Positions 19,017 through 28,747 of a DNA stretch of 64,000 nt are shown here, piece after piece. A model generated the notes under the pieces. That model did no database searches. It saw only the letters and a list, made by a program, of their open reading frames with translations, and was not told where the DNA came from. Origin of the DNA: an uncultured bacterium (GTDB lineage: Bacteria; UBP14; UBA6098; B30-G16). The stretch is from NCBI GenBank assembly GCA_965552135.1, contig CBEVQY010000005.1:21391-85390 (forward strand), written 5' to 3'. Made by a program: the position numbers and the translations under genes. The first letter of the stretch is position 1; every line of letters starts with the position of its first letter.

Positions 19017-20501
19017 ATGGGGAACAAAGGCTCAAACCCGCCGTCGGACGAGCGGAGCGTCAGGCTCGCAAAGCTTACCAAGATAAGGGAGATGTCGATC
19101 GACCCCTACCCCGCACGGGTGCGCATTGATCTTTCGCTCCACGAGCTACGAAGGAACTTCGAGCTTCTCTCGGGCAGAGGCGACGTGGTAAGCGTGGCTG
19201 GAAGGGTCATGTCCAAAAGGCTGCACGGGAAAAGCTCCTTCGCCCACATCCAGGACGGAACGGACAGATTCCAGATCTATCTCAAATACGACGTCCTCGG
19301 GGATGAGAAGTACAAGTTCTTCAAAAAGCTTGTGGACATAGGCGACTTCATCGAGGCGAGGGGGACGCTCTTCAAGACCCGCACCGGGGAGGAGACCCTT
19401 CTGGTCGAGGACTTTCGCCTTTTGGCTAAGGCTTTGCGCCCCCTGCCCGAGAAGTGGCACGGACTCACCGACGAGGACAAAAAACTCAGGCTCCGCTACC
19501 TCGACATACTCATAAACCCGTCCACCAAGGAGCGCTTCATCAAGCGTGCGAGGGTTATAAGCTCGATACGCGAGTACCTCGACGCGCGCGGCTTCGTGGA
19601 GGTGGAAACACCTATCCTGCAGCCGATATACGGCGGCGCAAGCGCAAGACCATTCGAAACTCACCTGAACGCGCTGGATATGAAGCTCTACCTGCGCATC
19701 GCAACTGAGCTCTACCTCAAGCGCCTCATCGTGGGCGGGATGGACAGGGTGTACGAAATCGGCAAAAACTTTCGCAACGAAGGCATAGACAGGATGCACA
19801 ACCCGGAGTTTACGGCGATGGAGGTTTATCAGGCTTACGCCGACTACACCGACATGATGGCTCTTGCGGAGGGTCTTTTGCGCCACACGGCGGAGGCGGT
19901 CTGCGGCAGCCTGCAGATAAGCTACCAAGGCGTTTCAACTGATCTTGCCGCACCGTTTGCGCGGATAAGCTTTTGGGACGCGATGCGCGACCGCACGGGC
20001 GTGGACCTATCGAACGCCTCCGCGGAGGAAATCGCCGACTACCTCCGCTCGCAGAACATCGAGTTCGACGAGTCTCTGCCAAGATACGCACTCATCGACG
20101 AGGTATTCAAGGAGAAGGTCGAAAGAACACTTGTGGAGCCGACCTTCGTCGTCGACTACCCCGTCGAGCTTTCGCCACTGGCGAAGAGGAAACCCGGGGA
20201 TGAGAGACTCGTGGAGCGCTTCGAGCTCTTCTGGTACGGGATGGAGATCGCCAACGCCTTCACCGAGCTTAACGATCCCCTTGAGCAGCGGGAGCGCTTC
20301 GAGGAGCAGATGGAGCGCCGCGCCAAAGGGGACCCCGAGGCACAGGTCCTCGACGAAGACTTCCTCAGGGCGCTGGAGTACGGTATGCCACCCTGCGGCG
20401 GCATGGGAATCGGCATCGACAGACTCACGATGATCCTAACAGACAGCTACGCGGTAAGGGACGTGATACTTTTCCCCCTGCTCAGACCAAGCGACCAATA
20501 A
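19017..20501 (+). CDS. lysS: Lysyl-tRNA synthetase, class II
   Basis: PLPEKWHGL, EVETP, GGASARPF, FRNEGID..HNPEF, EYGMPP.GG.GIGIDRL. Confidence 0.97.
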   Translation: MGNKGSNPPSDERSVRLAKLTKIREMSIDPYPARVRIDLSLHELRRNFELLSGRGDVVSVAGRVMSKRLHGKSSFAHIQDGTDRFQIYLKYDVLGDEKYKFFKKLVDIGDFIEARGTLFKTRTGEETLLVEDFRLLAKALRPLPEKWHGLTDEDKKLRLRYLDILINPSTKERFIKRARVISSIREYLDARGFVEVETPILQPIYGGASARPFETHLNALDMKLYLRIATELYLKRLIVGGMDRVYEIGKNFRNEGIDRMHNPEFTAMEVYQAYADYTDMMALAEGLLRHTAEAVCGSLQISYQGVSTDLAAPFARISFWDAMRDRTGVDLSNASAEEIADYLRSQNIEFDESLPRYALIDEVFKEKVERTLVEPTFVVDYPVELSPLAKRKPGDERLVERFELFWYGMEIANAFTELNDPLEQRERFEEQMERRAKGDPEAQVLDEDFLRALEYGMPPCGGMGIGIDRLTMILTDSYAVRDVILFPLLRPSDQ

Positions 20502-20579
20502 TTTTTGAGTTGACCGAATCCGCTGAGGTGAATTTTTTGTGAAAGCTTCTTAATAAGTTGCAGCAAAAAAGGAGGGGTA

Positions 20580-22661
20580 ATGCGCAGACTCTGTGCGTTA
20601 GCGCTCGCACTTGCCATATCAGGCGCCCTCTGGGGCGAGCAGGTGAAGCAGAAGTTCGGGGTTGGACTGGGCTTTGGCCTTCAGAGAACGATAAACGCCG
20701 ACATATACCTGACAACCGAATACGCCTACAGCGCCGACCTGCGCTTTGGTCTTACAAACGACCTCGAGATCGGACTCGCCTTCACCTACGAATACAACCA
20801 CATAGCCTACAACATGAGCCGCTACTTCTGCCCCATCACCTACTCGGGGGAAACGACCCCCAGCCCCGACTTCCCCTGGTGGCGAATGGGGATATGGGAC
20901 CAACCCTGGGACGAGAAAATAGAGTGGAAAAAGTTCATCATAAGCGGCAAGTCGGACGAGCTTCCGATAAAGTTCACCTATATGCCGATGGAGCTTTTCC
21001 TCAAGTTCCGCTCCCTTTCGAAGACGATCTTCAACCCCTACATAGTAGGCGGCTTTGGGATGATAATGTGGCGCGCCCAGCACGCCGAAAGCGGCGAGGA
21101 CCTCGACGTCTTCTGGTACGAGGACTACTACGACACCACAAGCGGCGGCGAGTGGAGACCTTTTAAGGCAACGCAGCTCAGCCTCCTTCTGGGGCTTGGT
21201 GTGGAGCTTTTCCCGATCTCGAACGTCGGGATAGACGTTGGTGTCAGGGCGAGGTACCTCGTTCCCAACGAGTTCGTCGACCAGGTGACCGACACGATGC
21301 GCGGCGACGCACAACTTATGGCACGAATCAACTTCTACTACGGCGGCGTCAAGGACAGCGACAAAGACGGCGTCGTCGACAGCAGGGACAGGTGCCCCGA
21401 CACGCCCTTCGGCGCCATAGTCGACGAGTTTGGATGCCCGATGGACAGCGACCAGGACGGCGTTCCTGACGGGCTTGATATGTGCCCCAACACGCCGCTT
21501 GGCGCTATAGTCGACGCCACGGGCTGCACCTCCGACGAGGACGGCGACGGCGTCCCTGACGGCATCGACAAATGCCCCGGCACACCGTACGGAGCACCGG
21601 TTAATCCCGAAGACGGTTGCCCACTCGATACCGACGGCGACAAAGTCCCCGACTACCAGGACGCATGCCCCAACACCCCCAAGGGCGCCTACGTCGATGC
21701 CAACGGCTGCCCCTTCGACAGCGACATGGACGGCGTATACGACGGCATAGACAAATGCCCAAATACCCCTCCGAACACGCCTGTGAACGAGTTTGGATGT
21801 GAGCGGGCGAAAGCCGACAGCGACGGCGACGGCGTTCCCGACGACAGAGACAGATGCCCCGGCACTCCCCCGGGCGCGGTTGTGGACGAGACCGGCTGCC
21901 CAATCGACTCCGACGGCGACGGAATACCCGACTACAAGGATGCATGCCCGAGAACGCCGCCCAACGCCGAGGTCGACCTCAACGGCTGCCCACTCGACGA
22001 CGACAACGACGGCGTCTACAACGGCATCGACAAATGCCCAAACACCCCGCTTGGCGCCATAGTCGACCAATACGGCTGCGCCAAAGACTCCGACAAAGAC
22101 GGCGTTCCCGACGGCATAGACCAATGCCCAAGAACCCCACTGCACGCCGAGGTCGACGCCAAAGGCTGCCCCAAGGACTCCGACGGCGACGGAGTATACG
22201 ACGGAATAGACAGATGCCCCAAAACCCCTAAGGGCGTTCCCGTCGACACCGTGGGATGCCCCAAGGCACCCAAACTCAAAAAGGGTGAGTCGGTGACGGT
22301 GAGGATCCACTTCGACGTCTGCTCGTGGGACATATCGGAGCAGGAGGCGATAAAGCTGCAGGACGGTCTCAACATGCTGCGGGCGTATCCCGACATGGTC
22401 GTCGTGATCGAAGGTCACACCGACAACCAGAAGATAGGACCTGCCTGCAGGCAGAAAGGGGTTAAGGACAACGTTGAGCTTTCCTTCAAGCGCGCCGAGG
22501 CGGTAAGGCAGTGGTTCATCGACCACGGGATCGAGCCCTCGCGCCTCCAGGTCAAAGGATACGGCGACACCAGACCCGTAGCGCCAAACGATACGCCCGA
22601 AGGTCGCGCCAAAAACAGAAGAATCGAGCTTAGGTGCATCGAAAACTGCCCCGGAGAGTAA
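20580..22661 (+). CDS. OmpA-family outer membrane protein: beta-barrel, thrombospondin type-3 repeats, OmpA C-domain
   Basis: Signal peptide, barrel-like N-domain, ten DxDxDGVxD repeats, IEGHTD..LS.KRA..NRRIE. Confidence 0.92.
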   Translation: MRRLCALALALAISGALWGEQVKQKFGVGLGFGLQRTINADIYLTTEYAYSADLRFGLTNDLEIGLAFTYEYNHIAYNMSRYFCPITYSGETTPSPDFPWWRMGIWDQPWDEKIEWKKFIISGKSDELPIKFTYMPMELFLKFRSLSKTIFNPYIVGGFGMIMWRAQHAESGEDLDVFWYEDYYDTTSGGEWRPFKATQLSLLLGLGVELFPISNVGIDVGVRARYLVPNEFVDQVTDTMRGDAQLMARINFYYGGVKDSDKDGVVDSRDRCPDTPFGAIVDEFGCPMDSDQDGVPDGLDMCPNTPLGAIVDATGCTSDEDGDGVPDGIDKCPGTPYGAPVNPEDGCPLDTDGDKVPDYQDACPNTPKGAYVDANGCPFDSDMDGVYDGIDKCPNTPPNTPVNEFGCERAKADSDGDGVPDDRDRCPGTPPGAVVDETGCPIDSDGDGIPDYKDACPRTPPNAEVDLNGCPLDDDNDGVYNGIDKCPNTPLGAIVDQYGCAKDSDKDGVPDGIDQCPRTPLHAEVDAKGCPKDSDGDGVYDGIDRCPKTPKGVPVDTVGCPKAPKLKKGESVTVRIHFDVCSWDISEQEAIKLQDGLNMLRAYPDMVVVIEGHTDNQKIGPACRQKGVKDNVELSFKRAEAVRQWFIDHGIEPSRLQVKGYGDTRPVAPNDTPEGRAKNRRIELRCIENCPGE
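21354..22265 (+). repeat. Ten ~30-aa TSP3-like Ca-binding coding repeats
   Basis: Consensus DxDxDGVxDxxDxCPxTPxxxxVDxxGCP, counted ten times. Confidence 0.9.
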
Positions 22662-22713
22662 AAACAAAAAGGACGGGAGGAGTTCGGGAAAAGCCACAGG
22701 GAGGGAGAGCGTT

Positions 22714-24078
22714 ATGATATCACGCTACACACGCCCCCAGATGGGCAGGATCTGGAGCGATGAGATGCGCTATAAAAAATGGCTTGAGGTGGAGCTCGCC
22801 GTCTGCGAGGCTTGGGCAGAGCTCGAGGAGATCCCACCCGAGATTGTGGATCACATAAAGAAAAACGCATCGTTCAGGCTTTCGGACATACGCAAGGCTG
22901 AGGAGCGCACGCGCCACGAGGTCGTCGCCTTCCTAAACGTCCTACAGGAGCGGGTTGGCGAAGACGCAGCGCGGTGGATCCACTTCGGACTCACATCAGC
23001 AGACGTTATGGACACCGGGCTCGCACTCCAGCTCCGCGACGCAGGAAGCATAATCGAAAAAGACATAGACGCCCTCATGGCGACGATAAAGTCGCTTGCG
23101 AACAAGTACAAATACACTCCGATAATAGGCAGAACGCACGGAATGCACGCCGAACCCACCACCTTCGGGCTGAAACTTGCCGGCTGGTACGACGAGATGG
23201 CGCGCAACAAGAGGCGCTTCCTCGCCGCCCTCGACGACGTCTTGGTGGGGAAGATATCGGGCGCAGTGGGCAACTTCGCCCACATCGAGCCCGAGGTCGA
23301 GGAGATAGTGATGAAAAAGCTTGGGCTTAGGCCCGAGCCCGCGGCGTCGCAGGTCGTGCACCGCGACAGACACGCAAACTTCATAGCCTCGCTGGCTCTA
23401 ATAGCCTGCTCGCTGGAACGCTTCGCAACGGAGATAAGACACCTCCAGCGCACCGAGGTGGGCGAAGTCGAAGAACCGTTTACCGCAACACAACAGGGCT
23501 CATCCGCCATGCCGCACAAGAAAAACCCCATCCAGTGCGAACAGATATGCGGGCTGGCAAGACTTATGAGGTCCTACGTCGTGGCGGCTATGGAGAACAT
23601 CCCCCTCTGGCACGAAAGGGACATATCACACTCCTCCGTCGAGCGCAACATAATCCCCGACGCAACGATCCTCGCAGACTACATGCTAAACAAGATGAAC
23701 GAAATCCTCTCGGGGCTCGTCGTCCACCCGGACAGGATGAGAAAGAACATCGACCTCACAGAGGGGCACATCTACAGCCAAAGGCTTATGCTCAGGCTCA
23801 TAAAGGCAGGGGTTCCGCGGCAGAAAGCCCACCTTATGATCCAGGGCAAGATAATGTCTGCGTCGAAGCGGAAGGGCGAGAATTTTAAGCAGCAGGTGAT
23901 AAGGGACGGCGAGATAAGACGCTACCTTTCGCTCGAGGAGATAGAAGCCCTCTTCGACCTCGACGTCTACATCCGCTACGTCGACCACATCTTCAAGCGC
24001 GTCTTCCCCAAGGAGGATAAGGCGAGACAAAACGCAGCCAAAAGCGGCAAGAAGAGCAACAAAAAAGCCAAAAGGTAA
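22714..24078 (+). CDS. purB: Adenylosuccinate lyase
   Basis: MISRY, HFGLTSAD, GRTHGMHAEPTT, GSSAMPHKKNP, WHERDISHSSVER. Confidence 0.97.
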   Translation: MISRYTRPQMGRIWSDEMRYKKWLEVELAVCEAWAELEEIPPEIVDHIKKNASFRLSDIRKAEERTRHEVVAFLNVLQERVGEDAARWIHFGLTSADVMDTGLALQLRDAGSIIEKDIDALMATIKSLANKYKYTPIIGRTHGMHAEPTTFGLKLAGWYDEMARNKRRFLAALDDVLVGKISGAVGNFAHIEPEVEEIVMKKLGLRPEPAASQVVHRDRHANFIASLALIACSLERFATEIRHLQRTEVGEVEEPFTATQQGSSAMPHKKNPIQCEQICGLARLMRSYVVAAMENIPLWHERDISHSSVERNIIPDATILADYMLNKMNEILSGLVVHPDRMRKNIDLTEGHIYSQRLMLRLIKAGVPRQKAHLMIQGKIMSASKRKGENFKQQVIRDGEIRRYLSLEEIEALFDLDVYIRYVDHIFKRVFPKEDKARQNAAKSGKKSNKKAKR

Positions 24079-24081
24079 AAG

Positions 24082-25230
24082 ATGTCCAAAAGAAGCTACG
24101 ACGTTGCGATAATAGGCGGCGGCATAGTTGGCAGCGCCATCGCCTACGAGCTCTGCAAGCTGGGGATAAAGGACGTCGTTGTATTCGAGAAAAGCTACAT
24201 CTCCTCGGGCTCCACTGGGCGCTGCGGCGCAGGCGTGCGACAACAGTGGGGGCTTAAGCTAAACGCGCTTTTGGCTAAAAAAAGCGTCGAAATCTTCGAG
24301 AACCTCTCCGAAGAGCTTGGGATGGACATAGAGTTCAGGCAGGGCGGATACCTTGTCCTCGCACACAACGAGCGCCAGGTGGAGCAGTTTAGGAAGAACA
24401 TCGAGCTCCAAAACTCGCTGGGGATACCGTCTCGCTTTGTGAGCAAAGAGGAGGCGAAGGAGATCTGCCCACCCCTGAACCTCGACGCCTTTGTGGCGGC
24501 TACATTCTGCCCAACCGACGGACACGCGAACCCCTTCCTCACGAACTTCGCCTACATCCGCGCAGCCAGGCGCCTTGGCGCAACCGTTATGACGCACACC
24601 GAGGTCGTCGGCATCGACACGGAGGGCGGCAAGGTCACCGGCGTGCGGCTGCAAAGCGGGGAAAGGATTTCCGCCCCCATCGTCGTAAACGCCGCAGGAC
24701 CGTGGGCGAAGGAAGTGGCGCAGATGACAGGCGTCGATATCCCCGTCTTCCCCGAAAGACATCAGATCCTCGTCACAGAGCCCCTCGAGCCGATGTTCGA
24801 GACGATGGTCATATCGTTCCAGATCGGGATATACCTCCAGCAGGTTCCGCACGGAAGCTTCGTTATGGGGATAGGCGAGAAGGAGGAGCCGTCGCACAAC
24901 ATCTCAAGCAGCTGGCAGTTTTTGGAGCACATCACGGGCGAGCTATTAAGACTTTTGCCCGTTATGGCGAACGTCCGCATAGTCCGCCAGTGGGCGGGCT
25001 CGTACACCAAAACCCCCGATGCCGCCCCCATCCTGGGCGAGCACCCCGACGTGAAGGGATTCTTCCAGGCTGTGGGCTTTTCGGGACACGGCTTTATGGT
25101 CGCGCCGATGACGGCAAGGTGCATGGCGAAGCTCATCGCAGGCGAAACGCCCGAGATAGATATCTCCCCCCTCTCCATCGAGCGCTTTGAGCGAGGCGAG
25201 CTTGTGGTCGAACCAAGCGTTGTGGGATAA
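24082..25230 (+). CDS. FAD-dependent oxidoreductase (sarcosine oxidase beta / L-proline dehydrogenase beta-like)
   Basis: IIGGGIVG, GSTGRCGAGVRQQW, DGHANPF, RQWAG, GFSGHGFM. Confidence 0.88.
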   Translation: MSKRSYDVAIIGGGIVGSAIAYELCKLGIKDVVVFEKSYISSGSTGRCGAGVRQQWGLKLNALLAKKSVEIFENLSEELGMDIEFRQGGYLVLAHNERQVEQFRKNIELQNSLGIPSRFVSKEEAKEICPPLNLDAFVAATFCPTDGHANPFLTNFAYIRAARRLGATVMTHTEVVGIDTEGGKVTGVRLQSGERISAPIVVNAAGPWAKEVAQMTGVDIPVFPERHQILVTEPLEPMFETMVISFQIGIYLQQVPHGSFVMGIGEKEEPSHNISSSWQFLEHITGELLRLLPVMANVRIVRQWAGSYTKTPDAAPILGEHPDVKGFFQAVGFSGHGFMVAPMTARCMAKLIAGETPEIDISPLSIERFERGELVVEPSVVG

Positions 25231-25259
25231 GCCGGAAAGCGCGAATCGACGCCCGCAAC

Positions 25260-26387
25260 CTACGCCCCCACCCCAAAGAGCTCATCGAGCTTGAACAGGA
25301 GCCTGTCCTTCTGCCTCGCCTCAAGCCTTGCCCGCTCGATGGCGCGCCTGAGGGTCTCGATTGTAAAGTCGTAGGTCCTCCTGTCGACGGGATATGGGTG
25401 ACCGTCCTTTCCGCCGTGGGCGAAGGAGAAACGCGCGGGGTCCTCGAAGGACGGAGGCTTTCCGTAAAGGAGCTCCGAAAGCAGCGCCAAGGCGCGCACC
25501 GCGGCAGGTCCAACGCCGCGCATCCCCAAAAGCTCCTCGTAGCTTTGGGGCGCACGCTCGTAGGTGCGAAGAAAGATCCGCTCAAGCCTCTGAGGCGATA
25601 TGTCGGACAGGGATATAAAGTGCCTTCTTGGCATCACAAGGCGCCTTTGCGGCAGATCAAAAAGCGTTGGGCGCCCCTCCAGGATCCTCTTGGCTTTCAC
25701 GAGCTCGGCGACGATCCTTTGCGGCGGCTCATTCGCAAGCTCGACGGAGCACGCCCTCGCCCCCGCCGATGCGCGCGCAGTCATATCGAGCGCAATCCCA
25801 ACGCGCTGCGAAGCTATCCCGCTGTGCGGCTCCTCAACAAAGCTCCTAACACCCTCCGAAAGCCAGTGATAGCGCCTGGCAAAACCCGTCCGCTCGTTCA
25901 TCCCCTGCTGCACAACCGCCCACTTGCCGTCGGGCGTGAAGACTATGGTGTGGTGATAGATCTGATATCCGTCCTGCAGCGCCGCCGTGTCGACCTTGGC
26001 GGACATCCTGCTTGCGTAAACTATGGGCTCGGGCTCGAAGCCGAGCCTGTCGGCAGCCTGAACGATCTCCGCGGGCGTCCTGCGCGAAACCCTGCCCTTC
26101 CCCCCCGCAACCACAAGACCAAGCTCGCCCTCTGCGCCCGCAAGCGCCTCCTTGAGCGCGCCCATCACAGTGGTCGTAAGCCCCGAGGAGTGCCAGTCGA
26201 AACCGAGGATGCATCCGAACGCCTGAAACCAGAACGGATCGGCAAGCCTGCGCAGAACCTCATCCCTGCCGAACTCGATGACGAGCGCCTCCACGACAGC
26301 GCGCGAAAGCCTCACCATCCGCTCGAAGAGCCAACGCGGCGCCCGACCACCGTGAAGCGGCAAATCGGCTGTGCCCGTGCGACGCAT
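25260..26387 (-). CDS. DUF763 family protein
   Basis: LPLHGGRAPRWL, DWHSSG.TT, AKVD, VQQGM, AHGGKDGHP. Confidence 0.9.
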   Translation of the reverse strand: MRRTGTADLPLHGGRAPRWLFERMVRLSRAVVEALVIEFGRDEVLRRLADPFWFQAFGCILGFDWHSSGLTTTVMGALKEALAGAEGELGLVVAGGKGRVSRRTPAEIVQAADRLGFEPEPIVYASRMSAKVDTAALQDGYQIYHHTIVFTPDGKWAVVQQGMNERTGFARRYHWLSEGVRSFVEEPHSGIASQRVGIALDMTARASAGARACSVELANEPPQRIVAELVKAKRILEGRPTLFDLPQRRLVMPRRHFISLSDISPQRLERIFLRTYERAPQSYEELLGMRGVGPAAVRALALLSELLYGKPPSFEDPARFSFAHGGKDGHPYPVDRRTYDFTIETLRRAIERARLEARQKDRLLFKLDELFGVGA

Positions 26388-26648
26388 AGAACCTGCCTTA
26401 CTCAACTCTGACTTAACGTAGCTCAGCGCACTTTACAAACAACCACCAAAGCTTCGAAGGAAAAGGAAATATAAAACGCTGCAATAAAATACCACAACTT
26501 TATGATTAAACACGAGGATAACCGATGAAAACGGCAAGAACGGATAATCACTTAACTTCCTGTTATAAGGTTAAGCGCATTAACTACCACAAGACCACGC
26601 GGATAGCATTGAGAGCCGATTGACGCTATATTTAGCAAACCCAACATC

Positions 26649-27212
26649 CTATTTCAGTCGTCCTAGGGTCGCTGTTTGCAAAATACTAAAGATATCTCGT
26701 CCTTCCTTTAACTTCTTCAGTAATGTTTGAAACAATCGTCCTTCCGGATAATTGGTTTTCTCTTGAAGCATAAGTAGTTTCGCTAACAGTAACAGAAACT
26801 TGACATTATACTCACCATATTTACTGAGTTCCTTAAACTGCTCTAGAGTTTCCTTGTCATAGTTTAACAACTCAGTTAATTCGAGTTTATTCCTTTCATC
26901 TTGAGTCATGGGACAAATTTCTTTCTCCCAAATCTTCATCAGCTCATCTATGAACTGTTTTGTTAAATGTTTCTCCTGAAACATTTTTATCAAAACATCA
27001 ACTGTCCAATGGATATGTTTAGGTGTTCGGATGTTGGACCACTTGCCCTCTTTCAACTTCTGTCTGTAGCGAATCAAAATATCAGCAGGACCTTTCTTGC
27101 CTTTATATATCGCTAAGATAAAATCATCATTCACTTTTATTACACTGATAGGTCGTCTGAGCTCACCTCGGCTTCTGAATGTCATAAACTCGCTAAGGTC
27201 ATCTACTTTCAT
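26649..27212 (-). CDS. Hypothetical protein, candidate restriction endonuclease subunit
   Basis: 187-aa ORF in AT-rich DNA, GAGGTGG RBS, overlaps the MTase end by 14 nt; TPKH and QEKTNYPEGR motifs. Confidence 0.7.
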   Translation of the reverse strand: MKVDDLSEFMTFRSRGELRRPISVIKVNDDFILAIYKGKKGPADILIRYRQKLKEGKWSNIRTPKHIHWTVDVLIKMFQEKHLTKQFIDELMKIWEKEICPMTQDERNKLELTELLNYDKETLEQFKELSKYGEYNVKFLLLLAKLLMLQEKTNYPEGRLFQTLLKKLKEGRDIFSILQTATLGRLK

Positions 27213-28116
27213 GCCACCACCTCACGCTAAATTTATGTTTTTTGTAATCTTTTTCATCTTTTGGTTTTCTAAAAACGAAAATGTGCTCGTGGCTAATAAG
27301 ATAAAATTCATACTCCTTTGCGCGCCACCTTTCTCGTGTGGTTTTCATATTCCATTGAAGCTTTATTATGTCTTCTTTTAGAATAAAACCAACATCTAGA
27401 AACGCCTGCATAACTCTAAAAGCAATCGGTACATAGTGTTTGTGTTTCCTCGTATCTCCAATCAAAATTGCACATATTTTTCCAGGCTTCAACACTCTGA
27501 ACGATTCCTTAGCAACCCTTTGCATTTCCCTTAAGTACTCCTCAAACGGTAGCTGGGATAGGTCGTCATCGAGTTTTCTAGTCTTAGTGTATGAGATTAT
27601 GCTTGCATAAGGTGGATGAGTTGCTATAAGGTCAATGCTTTCATCAGCGATCTTGTCCAAATTCCTCGCATCACCCCAATAAGTCCTTACTATAGGCTCC
27701 TTATATTCCTGAAAAAGCGGATTATATGAGAAATTCAATCGATCTCGTGCAATCATAACTGCATCAAGATTCACATCCACACCGATGGCATTCCTCTCCA
27801 AAAGCTTCGCCTCAACCAAAGTTGTGCCACTTCCCATCATCTGGTCAAGTACCCAATCACCTTTTTGGGTGTACTTCAAAATAAGATTTCTCGGGATATA
27901 AGGGGACCAATTCCCTCTATAGTCTCCCCTGTGTGTTGCCCAATTTCCGCGATCCGGAAAACTCCACACCGTTGTGCGCTCAGGTATGTAATCCTCGGGC
28001 GGACTATACAGCTTTATATCCCAATCTCCATGAAGTTTCACCTGCACATCATCAATTATCACAAATCTGTTCTTTTTCAAAAACTCAACGTAGTCTTCGT
28101 GAGTTATTTCCATCAT
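27199..28116 (-). CDS. DNA amino-methyltransferase (m4C/m6A), motif I before motif IV
   Basis: VLDQMMGSGTT (motif I), DLIATHPPY (motif IV), TTVWSFPDRG.WATH, RVLKPG; ATGA overlap with the upstream gene. Confidence 0.88.
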   Translation of the reverse strand: MMEITHEDYVEFLKKNRFVIIDDVQVKLHGDWDIKLYSPPEDYIPERTTVWSFPDRGNWATHRGDYRGNWSPYIPRNLILKYTQKGDWVLDQMMGSGTTLVEAKLLERNAIGVDVNLDAVMIARDRLNFSYNPLFQEYKEPIVRTYWGDARNLDKIADESIDLIATHPPYASIISYTKTRKLDDDLSQLPFEEYLREMQRVAKESFRVLKPGKICAILIGDTRKHKHYVPIAFRVMQAFLDVGFILKEDIIKLQWNMKTTRERWRAKEYEFYLISHEHIFVFRKPKDEKDYKKHKFSVRWWHESR

Positions 28117-28718
28117 GTTTCTGTATTTTCCTTGCTCGACCATATTTTGAGTAACCTCCTTATTTCGTTGGGAGAATAAAGCCCACTGTATACAAGAACG
28201 TATCCGGCGAACGGCATCTTCCTTCCCAAGTATTTAGCAGGCGGATATCTAGTATCCTCAAGCACAGCCATCCATTTCAAATAACTAAGTACTAGCAACG
28301 TTGGATACCCACATAGTTGTATGTTCTGACATTTATGTGCAGTCCAGCTCACCTTCGGCTCCTGAAAGTTCAGGATTACATCTTTTATCGCCTTAAAAAG
28401 AGACTGCTTAGCCGGTGACACTAGTCCATGAAAAGCCTTTAAGGTTTCCAAATGCTTCGGCATCCAGTAGCAACCGCTTGGTTCAAAAACCCAAATCGTA
28501 AAATCTTCTTGGTGCTCGCAACCAACCAGTTTTGATTTGACTCCTCTAGTATCGGGTTTTTTAACCACAACTTTGTAATCGTCGACTTCTTCCACAATAT
28601 ATTCACCTGCTGAATGAGTGCAAAATTGCACGCTAATGTCGGGTGAGTTAAGTATAACTAACCTCTTAGCCTTTGAAAGGACAGGCGGCGCTACATTTCG
28701 AGGACAAACTCCCAACAT
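28113..28718 (-). CDS. Hypothetical protein, candidate restriction endonuclease subunit
   Basis: 201-aa ORF with GGAGGT RBS; MPKH and KWMAVLEDTRYP..GR motifs shared with 26649-27212. Confidence 0.7.
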   Translation of the reverse strand: MLGVCPRNVAPPVLSKAKRLVILNSPDISVQFCTHSAGEYIVEEVDDYKVVVKKPDTRGVKSKLVGCEHQEDFTIWVFEPSGCYWMPKHLETLKAFHGLVSPAKQSLFKAIKDVILNFQEPKVSWTAHKCQNIQLCGYPTLLVLSYLKWMAVLEDTRYPPAKYLGRKMPFAGYVLVYSGLYSPNEIRRLLKIWSSKENTET

Positions 28719-28747
28719 CTTCTACCTCCATATTATTTTGCTGCTGC

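Noticed and set aside
21354..22265. Periodic ~90-bp repeats as a possible CRISPR array
   Set aside because: In-frame degenerate protein repeats with no identical repeat-spacer structure and no cas genes
20619..22697. 692-aa antisense ORF opposite the OmpA/TSP3 gene
   Set aside because: Shadow frame caused by GAC/GGC-rich codons; Val-rich with no motifs
26551..26646. 31-codon minus-strand ORF (MLGLLNIASIG...) after the island genes
   Set aside because: Too short, with no supporting motif
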